Shown: positions 18,260 to 27,716, counted from the first letter of the stretch. The stretch: 64,000 nt of DNA from Candidatus Latescibacterota bacterium (GCA_965205975.1 OZ242195.1:384001-448000), one strand, 5' to 3'. Notes: a model not told the origin generated them from the sequence alone. Numbers and translations: made by a program.

Positions 18260-19000
18260 CTATTGTGCAGTTTTGAGGGCTTGTATCGCGTCGTCGGTTG
18301 CGTCTATGACGTGGGTGCCCGAGGGTACGATAAATTCAAACCATTTGTCTTTGACGTCCGGATTGATGCTCAAATTGTGAAAGGTTTGTGTGATGATCTC
18401 ATTGTCTTCGGCATCAAAAAAGCCAATCCGGCGCAACAGGCCATCTTCGGGATTGATGAGTAATTGTGCTTTGACAGGGGGGTTAGGCAGTTGTGCGTGC
18501 AAGAGATTGACTTTGATCTTTGCTTCAAAGACGCGGTGGGGGCGTTCTTCAAATATTTCGTCTGCGGTGTAGCGAATGCTCGTCCATTCCAGACCTCTAA
18601 AGGGACGCAGGGGGTCGGCCTGGTCTGCATCGGCTTCGAGGTTGGTTATGCGATAGACGCGCCCCAGGTTCACTTTGGAGACGATTTTTTCTTCGCGGTC
18701 ATAGGTCCACATCAGGCCGCCGTCAGACAAACGTTGTGAAATAATCACCTGATCTTGCACGGTGTCGAGGCGCATCAGGTTGGGGCGCTTAAAGGTTGCG
18801 CTGGCATTGAGCGTCAGTTTCTGATCCATTACGCGAATGACTGTCGTCTGTTCGGCCTTACAGGTGGCGATTTCTCTGGCATTTTTTTGAATTTCGACCA
18901 TTATTTCATCGGTTTTCCCGTCCCCTGTTGACATTTTGTTTTTATTTTCCGCGCTGACCTGAGCTGTGAGGATCAGCATTGCGACCACCCAGCGTTTCAT
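18260..19000 (-). CDS. Periplasmic LolA-family lipoprotein carrier-like protein
   Basis: ATG 19000 with AAGGAG; signal peptide MKRWVVAMLILTAQVSA; FKRPNLMR, SDG..MWTYD, INPDV..KWFEFIVPSG..VID. Confidence 0.75.
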   Translation of the reverse strand: MKRWVVAMLILTAQVSAENKNKMSTGDGKTDEIMVEIQKNAREIATCKAEQTTVIRVMDQKLTLNASATFKRPNLMRLDTVQDQVIISQRLSDGGLMWTYDREEKIVSKVNLGRVYRITNLEADADQADPLRPFRGLEWTSIRYTADEIFEERPHRVFEAKIKVNLLHAQLPNPPVKAQLLINPEDGLLRRIGFFDAEDNEIITQTFHNLSINPDVKDKWFEFIVPSGTHVIDATDDAIQALKTAQ

Positions 19001-19012
19001 AACTTGCTCCTT

Positions 19013-19609
19013 ATGAGAAATTTTATTCTTCGCGCTCGCAAAGGCCCGACCACACCAGATTTTTCGCTGGATGATTTGTGCCGAGTTGGACGATTGGAGA
19101 TTGTGGCGCATTGTTTGGCTAACGCGCTTTTTTATTCTCAAAATATACGAACCAATACTACTGTACATTTCGTTTTTGATGGACCTTCGGATCCGCCGAA
19201 AACCGTGCGTTTTGAAAGCGATCATTTACCCTATTTGGGGGGATTTGATGAACGCACTTTGGCAGGAGTGGTACAAAAAGCACTATCTGTTGGCAAAGGT
19301 CTGTCATTGGGCGAAGAGCGACAGGTTGATAACGGCCTGTTTGTGGCAAAAAAGGGATTTGAACGCGTTGTGCAAGATCACACGGAATCGCTCTATGTAC
19401 TCGAGCGCAGAGGTGTTGACATCCGTGAGGTGACATTTCCCCAGGATGTGACGTTTGTTTTTTCAGACCATCTCACAATGCCAAAAAAAACGGCTAAATA
19501 TTTGCGCCGCCTCGGTGCCAAACCAATTAGCGTGGGGCCTCGGATGTTGTTTGCTTCTCAGTGTATTGTGTTGCTACACAATGAATTAGACCGGCAATAT
19601 GTTTGGTAA
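19013..19609 (+). CDS. trmY: tRNA (pseudouridine54-N1)-methyltransferase family SPOUT protein
   Basis: MRNFILRARKGPTTPDFSLDDL..GRLEIVAHCLANALFYSQNIR; FDER; FVFSDH; ISVGP..LFASQCIVLLHNELD. Confidence 0.85.
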   Translation: MRNFILRARKGPTTPDFSLDDLCRVGRLEIVAHCLANALFYSQNIRTNTTVHFVFDGPSDPPKTVRFESDHLPYLGGFDERTLAGVVQKALSVGKGLSLGEERQVDNGLFVAKKGFERVVQDHTESLYVLERRGVDIREVTFPQDVTFVFSDHLTMPKKTAKYLRRLGAKPISVGPRMLFASQCIVLLHNELDRQYVW

Positions 19610-19615
19610 AGTAGT

Positions 19616-20113
19616 TTACTGAAAGAGTTTGAATGTCGCGCCGATGTGTCCGGAAAATCCACTGACAACATCATTTTGATCTTCGACAAATTTAATCCTG
19701 GCAAATAGCCCGAGTTTTTCACCTATTGGAAATTTGTATCCCAATTCCCCACCTATAAAACGTTCAGAAGCACCATCGGATAGTACAAGTCCAATACTCG
19801 GCCCAAAAAACAGCTTGTGGGTTTCAAAGTCGCGCATGCCAATTGCATAATTGAGACTCGTGCCCAGAGTATGCATCATGGGGCTGGCAAAACTTATGTC
19901 GTAAAACGGCGCGAATATGAATGATCCAGGCAGGTTGACATGGACAGAGGTGTGCAGGGCAATCCCGCCAGCTGAATCAAATCGCGGGCGAATACTGTCG
20001 TTCCACATAAAGCCTCCACCCAGGTTTACGCCATCGATAAATGCCGCATCGGCAGTGCCCATATTAGAAGACAACACACATAGCGCGAGACAAAAACTTT
20101 TTAGAATCTTCAT
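19616..20113 (-). CDS. Small outer-membrane beta-barrel protein
   Basis: GGAGG RBS, signal peptide, Gly/aromatic-rich strands, ends GATFKLFQ. Confidence 0.6.
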   Translation of the reverse strand: MKILKSFCLALCVLSSNMGTADAAFIDGVNLGGGFMWNDSIRPRFDSAGGIALHTSVHVNLPGSFIFAPFYDISFASPMMHTLGTSLNYAIGMRDFETHKLFFGPSIGLVLSDGASERFIGGELGYKFPIGEKLGLFARIKFVEDQNDVVSGFSGHIGATFKLFQ

Positions 20114-20141
20114 AAAACCTCCTCTAAAGTTTGATTCCAGA

Positions 20142-21206
20142 TCACACGTATCGCTCGTCCAATGCCGCGACCACATCTTTTACGCGTTGAGAGCCATCGC
20201 GGGGTACAATAAGCAGGGCATCGCCTGTATCGACTACGATTAAATTCTCGACATCGACCAGCGCGATTATTTTGTCCTTGCCGCCATAAACTGTTGTGTT
20301 TTTCGCATTGAGCGATAGCACATTGCCATGCAGTAAATTGCCATTTTCATCTACGGGCAAGACATCAGTCAAAGCGCCCCACGCGCCAATATCGCTCCAA
20401 TCGATATCTGCTTGCAGGGTCGCAATATCTGACGCACGTTCGATAATCGCATGATCAATGGCGATGTTTTTCATCTGCGGATAGACCTCGTTAATGACAT
20501 CTGCTTCTCGTCCTTCTTTGGCAGCGGTGCCAATTTGTTCGAGCAGGATATACATCTCGGGTTCAAATTTTGCAAAAAGATCCAGCATTGTTCTGGCTTT
20601 CCACACAAACATATTGCTATTCCATAGATATTGACCGCTTTCCAGATATGTTTTTGCGGCTTCTGCATCGGGTTTTTCTGTGAATGACTCTACGGCATAA
20701 ACTGGTTCATTGTTTATCTTTGCAATCACATCGCCCTTTTGTATATATCCAAAGCCCGTGTCTGCGCGCGTTGGTTTTACACCGAGTACAAACAGGGTCT
20801 CGGGACGATCCGCCAGCGCGTCTGCTGCAACTTTGAGCAATCGACAAAATTCCTCTGGTTTGCCAATATGGTGATCAGAACCCAAACTCGCAATTGTACA
20901 TCCGGGAAAACGGGCTTCCAACAAAGCGCATTCAAGCCCCACCGCAGGCCCTGTGTTGCGAAGTGTTGGTTCTAAAATTGTATTTTCAGGAGGTAATTCG
21001 GGCAATTGCTCTCGAACGCTATGCAATAGTTTTACGCCCGTGGATACAAAAAGATCATCTATTTTAGCCAGTGAATTGAGGCGATTTACCGCCTCTTGCA
21101 ACATCGTGTATTCACCTGTTAAAGCGTGAAATTGTTTGGGCCTGTTTTGGCGACTCAAAGGCCACAGCCGCGTGCCAACACCACCCGCGCGAATTACAAA
21201 TTTCAT
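20142..21206 (-). CDS. manC: Mannose-1-phosphate guanylyltransferase
   Basis: AGGVGTRLWPLSR..RPKQF, EP..RNTGPA, SDHHI, FTEKPD, WNSNMF, WSDIGAW. Confidence 0.88.
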   Translation of the reverse strand: MKFVIRAGGVGTRLWPLSRQNRPKQFHALTGEYTMLQEAVNRLNSLAKIDDLFVSTGVKLLHSVREQLPELPPENTILEPTLRNTGPAVGLECALLEARFPGCTIASLGSDHHIGKPEEFCRLLKVAADALADRPETLFVLGVKPTRADTGFGYIQKGDVIAKINNEPVYAVESFTEKPDAEAAKTYLESGQYLWNSNMFVWKARTMLDLFAKFEPEMYILLEQIGTAAKEGREADVINEVYPQMKNIAIDHAIIERASDIATLQADIDWSDIGAWGALTDVLPVDENGNLLHGNVLSLNAKNTTVYGGKDKIIALVDVENLIVVDTGDALLIVPRDGSQRVKDVVAALDERYV

Positions 21207-21360
21207 ATTCCGTATCCAGATATTACAAAACAAAAAGTAATGTCTCTTGCCAGAGGGCACAACCGAAACCTTGCAGCAAAGGCCGTCTTTTTATATCTTT
21301 ATTCAAATACGCGCGAAATATCCTCAGGGGATTGTTTCCCCACAACAGGAGCTGACTGCT

Positions 21361-22410
21361 ATGGCACTGACTGCCACTACTTTGGAAGAGACCTATCAAC
21401 AGATGGCCGAGCGATTAGAGGGCATTGTGCCCGATATCGAATTGCGCTACAAAGCCGAATTGGCTTACGAAATTAATAAGCTTAAAAAAGAGCGCGGAGC
21501 CATTATCCTCGGGCATAATTACATGGAGCCGGCACTTTATCACTCTGTGCCAGATGTCGTGGGTGATTCGCTCGAGTTATCGCGTAAAGCCGCAGAAACC
21601 GACGCTGATCCCATTGTTTTTTGCGGCGTGCGTTTTATGGCCGAGACCGCAAAAATTCTCAACCCCGACAAAACCGTGCTCTTGCCCGCGCGCGTTGCGG
21701 GCTGTTCGCTGGCTGCGAGCATTACTGCAGAAGACGTTCGCAATCTACGCGGACAATATCCGGGCGTTCCCATTGTCACGTATATCAATACCTATGCCGA
21801 TGTCAAAGCCGAATGCGATATTTGCTGCACATCGGGGAATGCCCACAAGGTTGTTGAATCGCTTAATTCGGATACCGTTATCTTTTTGCCCGACGAATAC
21901 TTAGCCGCCAATGTGGCGCAAGAGACCGACAAACGCATTATTTTTCCCACGGTAACGGGATTTGTCGATCCCAAACCCGGTCTTGAATACGAAATGATCG
22001 GCTGGCATGGTCGGTGCGAAGTACACGAACAATTTACCGTTCAGGATATTGAAAATGTGCGCGAGCAGTTTCCAGATGTCGTTGTTCTCTCCCACCCGGA
22101 ATGCAGTCCTGAAGTGGTCGTTGCATCCGATTTTTCGGGCAGTACCTCTCGCATGGTTGATTATGTGCGCGAAATGGATGCCGAGCGCTATTTGCTGCTT
22201 ACAGAATGCAGCATGGGCGACAACATCGCTGCGGAAAACCCGGATAAGGAAATGGTTGGCCTGTGCAGCATTCGCTGTCCACATATGAACGAAATAACAC
22301 TTGAAGATACGCTCAATGCCCTTGAGTTTGACGAGCAAATCATCGAAGTGCCCGAAGACATTCGCGTACGCGCATTAAAAGCGGTGGAACGCATGCTGGA
22401 AATTGTATGA
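21361..22410 (+). CDS. nadA: Quinolinate synthase A
   Basis: ILGHNYM, GDSLEL, FCGVRFMAETAKILNP, GCSLA, YINT, CEVH, HPEC, CPHMN. Confidence 0.95.
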   Translation: MALTATTLEETYQQMAERLEGIVPDIELRYKAELAYEINKLKKERGAIILGHNYMEPALYHSVPDVVGDSLELSRKAAETDADPIVFCGVRFMAETAKILNPDKTVLLPARVAGCSLAASITAEDVRNLRGQYPGVPIVTYINTYADVKAECDICCTSGNAHKVVESLNSDTVIFLPDEYLAANVAQETDKRIIFPTVTGFVDPKPGLEYEMIGWHGRCEVHEQFTVQDIENVREQFPDVVVLSHPECSPEVVVASDFSGSTSRMVDYVREMDAERYLLLTECSMGDNIAAENPDKEMVGLCSIRCPHMNEITLEDTLNALEFDEQIIEVPEDIRVRALKAVERMLEIV

Positions 22411-22439
22411 TCGTTCAAAAAATACAGTTACGCGATACC

Positions 22440-22467
22440 AAAGGCCCGATACATCTCGGGCCTTTTT
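22440..22467. terminator. Intrinsic terminator downstream of nadA
   Basis: AAAGGCCCGA-TACATC-TCGGGCCTTTTT. Confidence 0.8.
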
Positions 22468-22518
22468 GCATTTTGATATTGAGTATTAGACCTGTGCGTT
22501 TTTGGTCAACGCCCCATC

Positions 22519-23850
22519 TCACTCACCATCATAAACTTCTGTTTGGAACAGGTTATTTTGAAAATCGAGGTACTGCTCTTTCGTCATCTCTGGCTTGTAA
22601 TTTGCAAGGACGGCTTTTGCTTCTGCCGCGCGGTCGTATAGTAGATCCACTGCCATCAATGCCAATGATTTGGCCGGTTCTACATATCCCATCTCTTTAT
22701 CGGAAATATGCCATTCGACGCTGTGTCCTGGTCCCGTAGCCCCCGACATATAAGGATGAATCGCGGGCATAATGCAGGATATATCGCCCATATCCGTTGA
22801 TCCAGTTCTATGGCCAACTGTACAAAACTCATCTTTTCCCAGACGCGCTCTGGCATTTTTTCCATAGAGTGCCTGCAAATCCGCATTGTTTTTTAGTGGC
22901 ATATATCCCGGTAGTGTTTCTATTTCTACTGTTGCGCCAAGTGCCATTGCACCGGCTCGCAGTGCGCGATCTACTTTTATGCTGGCATCGAGAATTGCTT
23001 CTGCTGTGCGCCCCCGAACATAAGTTTCCATACAAACTTCGTCGGGTATAACGTTGACTAACTCTCCGCCTTTGGTGATGATGGGGTGTACTCGAACCGC
23101 ATCGTGGTCCTGGAATGTTTCACGCTGTGCATTGATGGCACTCAGAGCAATTTGAGCGGCATTTAGAGCATTGATGCCCCGGTGAGGTGCGCCTCCCGCG
23201 TGTGCGGCTTTGCCCACAAACCGAATCATCTTTGCCACAAATCCATTAGATGAGGCGGAGGCCGCGGCTTTGGTCAATGAATCATCACTATGTGTATGAA
23301 TCATAACCGCCATATCGATATCATCAAAATGCCCGTGCTTGATCAATTCGGGTTTGCCGCCCAAAAAGCTGAGTTTACCAGATTTTACCAGATTTAGACG
23401 GTATTCAACCTCCACAAATTCCTCTGCTGGCACGGCAAAAAAGATGACTCGGCCCGCCAAATCGTCAATCACGCGCGCATCCACCATGCCCATCATTGCT
23501 CCCATCAATCCCGCGATCTGTGCATTGTGACCACAAGCATGTGCGGCACCTGTATCGGGATTGGCATTGGGATGGCCGGAGACCACGAGCGAGTCGAGTT
23601 CGCCAATCAGTGCAACGGTTGGGCCAGGTTCAGTTCCCTGCAATACGCCCTTTACACCTGTAATCGCCAACTCGGTTTCACATGGCACACCAAACTCATC
23701 CATTGTTTGCGATACCAGCTTTGCTGTCTCAAATTCCTTAAATCCCAACTCGGGATTCACCATAATGTGATCGCCAATGCGACAAATCTGATCTCGACGT
23801 CGATCTATGGCTTCACAAATGCGTTTCTTGAGTTCGGCTTTTGTAGGCAT
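22519..23850 (-). CDS. M20 family amidohydrolase (ACY1L2/AbgB-like)
   Basis: PELGFKE, GELD, HACGHN, PAEE, GKAAHAG, GSTDMGD. Confidence 0.9.
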   Translation of the reverse strand: MPTKAELKKRICEAIDRRRDQICRIGDHIMVNPELGFKEFETAKLVSQTMDEFGVPCETELAITGVKGVLQGTEPGPTVALIGELDSLVVSGHPNANPDTGAAHACGHNAQIAGLMGAMMGMVDARVIDDLAGRVIFFAVPAEEFVEVEYRLNLVKSGKLSFLGGKPELIKHGHFDDIDMAVMIHTHSDDSLTKAAASASSNGFVAKMIRFVGKAAHAGGAPHRGINALNAAQIALSAINAQRETFQDHDAVRVHPIITKGGELVNVIPDEVCMETYVRGRTAEAILDASIKVDRALRAGAMALGATVEIETLPGYMPLKNNADLQALYGKNARARLGKDEFCTVGHRTGSTDMGDISCIMPAIHPYMSGATGPGHSVEWHISDKEMGYVEPAKSLALMAVDLLYDRAAEAKAVLANYKPEMTKEQYLDFQNNLFQTEVYDGE

Positions 23851-23869
23851 ATTTTCCTCCGTTTACTTC

Positions 23870-24928
23870 TTACCTGATTTTTAGTAATAATATTAGCAAA
23901 AGAGGCGTTACAATGGCTTGTAAAAGCGTAAATCTGACCAGTACCTGTGTATTGGACCAGCCCCATTTTTGACGGACGTGATCGTGCAGGGGATAACGCA
24001 CCTGTTTGAAAATGCCGATTTTAAAAAAGCGCAATAAAGCGACTTTCAGAAGGCCTGTTGCGCCATTGACCAGCACCACTCCGGCAACTACGATAATCAA
24101 AAACGGATTGCCACACGCCAGGACCAGCATACCGAGTAATAAGCCCAGAGGACGAGATCCGGCATCACCCATCAATACGGCACTTGGATTGGCATTGTGC
24201 CACAAGTAGCCCACTAAACACCCGGTCATGACAAAAGCCATCACGGCCCAATTCGCGCCCTCTTTGTAGTGTGGCACAAGCAGGTATTGAGCGATATCCC
24301 GATGTCCCACAATGCCGTACAGTGCGCCACCTAAAAAAATAAATGCCAGCATGCACAAACTGCCCGATAGGCCATCCACGCCGTCTGTACAATTTGTGGC
24401 GTTAATAGTCATCCACAACAGGCAGGTGGCAATAGGGATATAAATCCAGGGCGGAACAATGACCGGTGTCTTAATGAGCGGCAGCCACACTTCAACCGGT
24501 GCCATCTGGCACACTACCACAGCGCCAAAAATAGAGATGATCAGATCGAATAACCCCATGCGGTATTCACTCCACTCATAGCGGTCATCGAGAAATCCCA
24601 CCACCATCGCCAAAAACAGGCATCCCAATGCGGCCAGATAGCGCGTTCCAAGCGGCACAAATAGAAATCCGACGACAATAAAAATAGAAATGAAAATAAC
24701 ACCTGCCCCTACGGGTTTGCCCTTATTTTGGGCGGCACCAACAGCATGCGCTCGCCCCTGGTCGCGCGGTAATCGGTGCCACAATTTGGGCAAAATTCTC
24801 CAGGTGAACACGCAGGCGAGCGCGGTACCTGCACCAACTAAAAATAGATGAGAAGTAAAGAGGCGAAATGGCCCATAGACGTTCAAAAGTTGCTCCCCCA
24901 GCCAGTAGAGCACAGCACAATCTCCCAT
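23870..24928 (-). CDS. mraY: Phospho-N-acetylmuramoyl-pentapeptide transferase (MraY family), stand-alone
   Basis: About 10 TM; KPVGAG, GFLDD, NATNCTDGVDGL, WHNANP..VLMGDAGS, PLHDH..GWS. Confidence 0.8.
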   Translation of the reverse strand: MGDCAVLYWLGEQLLNVYGPFRLFTSHLFLVGAGTALACVFTWRILPKLWHRLPRDQGRAHAVGAAQNKGKPVGAGVIFISIFIVVGFLFVPLGTRYLAALGCLFLAMVVGFLDDRYEWSEYRMGLFDLIISIFGAVVVCQMAPVEVWLPLIKTPVIVPPWIYIPIATCLLWMTINATNCTDGVDGLSGSLCMLAFIFLGGALYGIVGHRDIAQYLLVPHYKEGANWAVMAFVMTGCLVGYLWHNANPSAVLMGDAGSRPLGLLLGMLVLACGNPFLIIVVAGVVLVNGATGLLKVALLRFFKIGIFKQVRYPLHDHVRQKWGWSNTQVLVRFTLLQAIVTPLLLILLLKIR

Positions 24929-25030
24929 GTGATATGATTTGAAAAACGAAACAAATCAAGACCAATGTAAGGTCTCTATGATTAAAGGGCAAGTCTGAAC
25001 TCATAGCTGGTTCCATTTGAAAGAAAAACC

Positions 25031-25059
25031 TTGACGCGAAAACAGAGACTTTCTATTTT
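25031..25059 (+). promoter_or_regulatory. sigma70-like promoter of the his leader
   Basis: TTGACG-N17-TATTTT; predicted start site falls at about the leader ATG (25067). Confidence 0.6.
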
Positions 25060-25066
25060 GTGTACT

Positions 25067-25216
25067 ATGAACGCATTGATCAACAATCCGGTTATTTTTT
25101 CAAATCCAAACACAATTTTGGCCGGGGATGCGTTTGCCCATACTGCCCAGCATCATACCCATCATGCTACGTCTGCGACTTTTTGCATGATATGCTCGGC
25201 GGTGGATATGTCATAA
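25067..25216 (+). CDS. hisL: His-rich leader peptide (49 aa)
   Basis: MNALINNPVIFSNPNTILAGDAFAHTAQHHTHHATS...; 5 CAT codons within 9 codons, directly upstream of a terminator and hisI. Confidence 0.75.
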   Translation: MNALINNPVIFSNPNTILAGDAFAHTAQHHTHHATSATFCMICSAVDMS

Positions 25217-25273
25217 CAGTTTGTCCAATGAAATGAATAAGCCCGCTGTCGAGAGACAGTGGGCTTTTTTTTT
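25195..25273 (+). terminator. Attenuator: terminator plus mutually exclusive antiterminator
   Basis: AAGCCCGCTGTC-GAGA-GACAGTGGGCTT plus T-run (25239-25273); 25195-25205 can pair with 25243-25253 (11 bp including G-U). Confidence 0.8.
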
Positions 25274-25286
25274 ACGGAGAATGACA

Positions 25287-25715
25287 ATGTCTATTAATCG
25301 TCAACTCGAAGAAGGCACGGATATCTATCTCGATTTTGAAAAGCTACGCAAGGTTGCACAAACCGATCATCCCGTCATTCCCGTTGCTGTGCAGGATGTG
25401 GATAGCAAAGCCGTTCTCTTGATCGGCTATGTCAATGAACTTGCGCTCGAATATGCACTTGAACACCGCGTGGCAACTTTTTGGAGTACTTCGCGCAATG
25501 AACTCTGGATTAAAGGGGCTACGTCTGGCGATATGCTCGAACTGGTCGACGTGCGCATCAACTGCGAGCAAAATTCACTGCTTTATCTCGTGCGCCTCAA
25601 AGGCGATGGATCGTGCCATACAAAAGAAAATGGTCGGGCGCGGTACGGTTGTTATTACCGCAGTATCGATGATGGAAAATTGATATTTGTAAATCCTAAA
25701 ACCATACCAGAGTGA
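25287..25715 (+). CDS. hisI: Phosphoribosyl-AMP cyclohydrolase
   Basis: IPVAVQD, FWSTSRNELWIKGATSG, INCEQNSLL, SCHT...GCYYR; ATG at 25281 or 25287 after GGAGA. Confidence 0.92.
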   Translation: MSINRQLEEGTDIYLDFEKLRKVAQTDHPVIPVAVQDVDSKAVLLIGYVNELALEYALEHRVATFWSTSRNELWIKGATSGDMLELVDVRINCEQNSLLYLVRLKGDGSCHTKENGRARYGCYYRSIDDGKLIFVNPKTIPE

Positions 25716-25721
25716 TGAGTT

Positions 25722-26222
25722 ATGTCATTACAGGTCGTTACTCGAATCCGTTCAGATCAATGGCAAATTCTCAGGGATGTGCGTCTTCGCGCACTTGAAG
25801 ATGCGCCTTATGCTTTTGGTACAACGCTGGCAGAAGGTGAAAAAAGAACCGATAGAGACTGGCAGGATGTGGCGAGAGACCATGCTACTCTATCGGATCG
25901 CGCATATTTCATGGCTTATGTGGGGGGTAATCCCTGTGGGATGGCGGGGTGTTATCGCACGACATCAGATACGGTAGTGCTCACCGCGATGTGGGTTGCA
26001 CCCGAATTTCGAGAACAAAAGATCGGTGAGCAGATTGTGCGCGCTGTCATAAAATGGGCACGAGAGGGTGGGGCCACCACGCTCGAAGCCTGGGTTAGTG
26101 AAAATAATCCAGCGCGTTTCTTTTATGAAAAAATCGGATTTAAAGAGACCTGTTCAACCGAACCGCTTCGTCCAGATTCTAAAATTCAGATCATTTTGAT
26201 CAGGCGCGATATTTCACTCTGA
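25722..26222 (+). CDS. GNAT family N-acetyltransferase
   Basis: RLRALEDAPYAF, MWVAPEFREQKIG, N.PARFFYEKIGF. Confidence 0.9.
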   Translation: MSLQVVTRIRSDQWQILRDVRLRALEDAPYAFGTTLAEGEKRTDRDWQDVARDHATLSDRAYFMAYVGGNPCGMAGCYRTTSDTVVLTAMWVAPEFREQKIGEQIVRAVIKWAREGGATTLEAWVSENNPARFFYEKIGFKETCSTEPLRPDSKIQIILIRRDISL

Positions 26223-26340
26223 AATCCGGGTTGATTCACACTCTTCTCAATACTATATTGCTCATATGATAAATAGTGTACAAATGCCGCAGCAATTCAT
26301 TCGGGCAAATCAGAGCACCCGACGACAGGAGGGAGAAAAC

Positions 26341-27315
26341 GTGGGTTACGATCTCAAAGTTTTTTCGGGCAATACCAATCGGCCATTGGCAGAAGATATT
26401 TGCAATATTCTCGACACTCGGCTTGCCGAAGCCACTGTGACTCGTTTTTCCGGTGGTGAAACACATGTGCAAATTGATGAAAATGTGCGCGGCTGTGATG
26501 TTTTTATTGTTCAACCTATTTGTGCAAACGAAGAAGAAGGCATCTCGCCCAATGACGCCTTGATGGAACTTCTCATCTTGATTGATGCTGCGCGACGCGC
26601 CTCTGCGCGACGCATCACAGCGGTTGTGCCCTATTATGGCTATGCACGGCAGGATCGCAAAGACCGTCCCCGCGTGCCTATCACGGCTAAACTGGTCGCC
26701 AATATGATTTATACCGCTGGAGCGCGGCGAGTTTTAACTCTGGACCTGCACGCCAATCAGATCCAGGGTTTTTTTGACATACCTGTTGACCACCTCTACT
26801 CCATTAACATTTTAGGAGAATACTTCAGGCTAAAAAATTTCAAAGATCTCGTTGTTATGGCACCCGATGTCGGCGGGATAAAAATGGCGCGCGCTTATGC
26901 CGAATTGCTCGGTGCGCCGTTGGCTATTGTAGATAAACGCCGCTGGAGTGGTCAAAAAACCGAGGTTCTGAACGTCATTGGCGAAGTAAAAGACAAAAAT
27001 ATCGTCATTGTTGACGATATTATCTCTACGGGTAGTTCCCTAATCGAAGCCGCCTCTGCACTCAAAGACAAAGGCGCGCGCGATATATGCGCTACCATCG
27101 TCCACCCGGTGCTGGCAGATCCCGCCGTTGAGCGCGTGGAGAATTCCATTCTTACAGAGCTTGTTGTTTCCAATTCTATTCCCGTGCCCAAACGCGCCCA
27201 AAATGGCAAGATCAAAATCCTGTCAGTCGCTCCCATTCTCGCCGAATCCATCCGCCGCATCAACAACGATGAATCCGTCAGCAATCTCTTTGCGAATGCG
27301 AGGGTTGAGGGATGA
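26341..27315 (+). CDS. prs: Ribose-phosphate pyrophosphokinase
   Basis: GTG start after GGGAG; PYYGYARQDRK, DLHANQIQGFF, APDVGG, IVDDIISTG. Confidence 0.95.
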   Translation: MGYDLKVFSGNTNRPLAEDICNILDTRLAEATVTRFSGGETHVQIDENVRGCDVFIVQPICANEEEGISPNDALMELLILIDAARRASARRITAVVPYYGYARQDRKDRPRVPITAKLVANMIYTAGARRVLTLDLHANQIQGFFDIPVDHLYSINILGEYFRLKNFKDLVVMAPDVGGIKMARAYAELLGAPLAIVDKRRWSGQKTEVLNVIGEVKDKNIVIVDDIISTGSSLIEAASALKDKGARDICATIVHPVLADPAVERVENSILTELVVSNSIPVPKRAQNGKIKILSVAPILAESIRRINNDESVSNLFANARVEG

Positions 27316-27404
27316 AATGCGATAGATACAAGGGATTGTGAAAATCCCGCCAGAAAATCTATCCTGATGGGATGGAAAGGTGTTTATAGCGGTGGGGCGC
27401 GGCA

Positions 27405-27716
27405 TCAGGCCAGACCTTTTGCCTTTAAACGTTTGACTAGGGAGGACGGTGAGGTTGCTTTCTGTATTTGATCAACAGATTCCAGCCGCTCTTCAATATC
27501 CCGGTCGAGTTCTGTTTTATGATCCCAATAATATGCCAATGCTGAATGGATCTGGCCCATGCTCAAATAGGGATGTTGGAAATGCAGTTCTTCAGGGCTC
27601 CAGCCATAAGCGAGATGGTTGGTAATTAGTTCAACCACTTTCATTGTTGTGCCTACAATCATTGGCACTTGATCTTCGGTGACCTGAATATGCTCATATT
27701 TCGTTTCGGTTAGCAC
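27405..27716 (-). CDS. DUF433 domain antitoxin-like protein
   Basis: PMIVGTTMKV, GWSPEELHFQHPYLS..QIHSALAYY. Confidence 0.85.
   Translation of the reverse strand: MLTETKYEHIQVTEDQVPMIVGTTMKVVELITNHLAYGWSPEELHFQHPYLSMGQIHSALAYYWDHKTELDRDIEERLESVDQIQKATSPSSLVKRLKAKGLA

Noticed and set aside
19001..19225. N-terminal extension of the LolA-like ORF, antisense to trmY
   Set aside because: SD and signal peptide place the start at 19000; the extension looks non-coding
21207..21360. NAD+ riboswitch upstream of nadA
   Set aside because: I could not identify the conserved aptamer sequence or structure by eye; needs a covariance-model search
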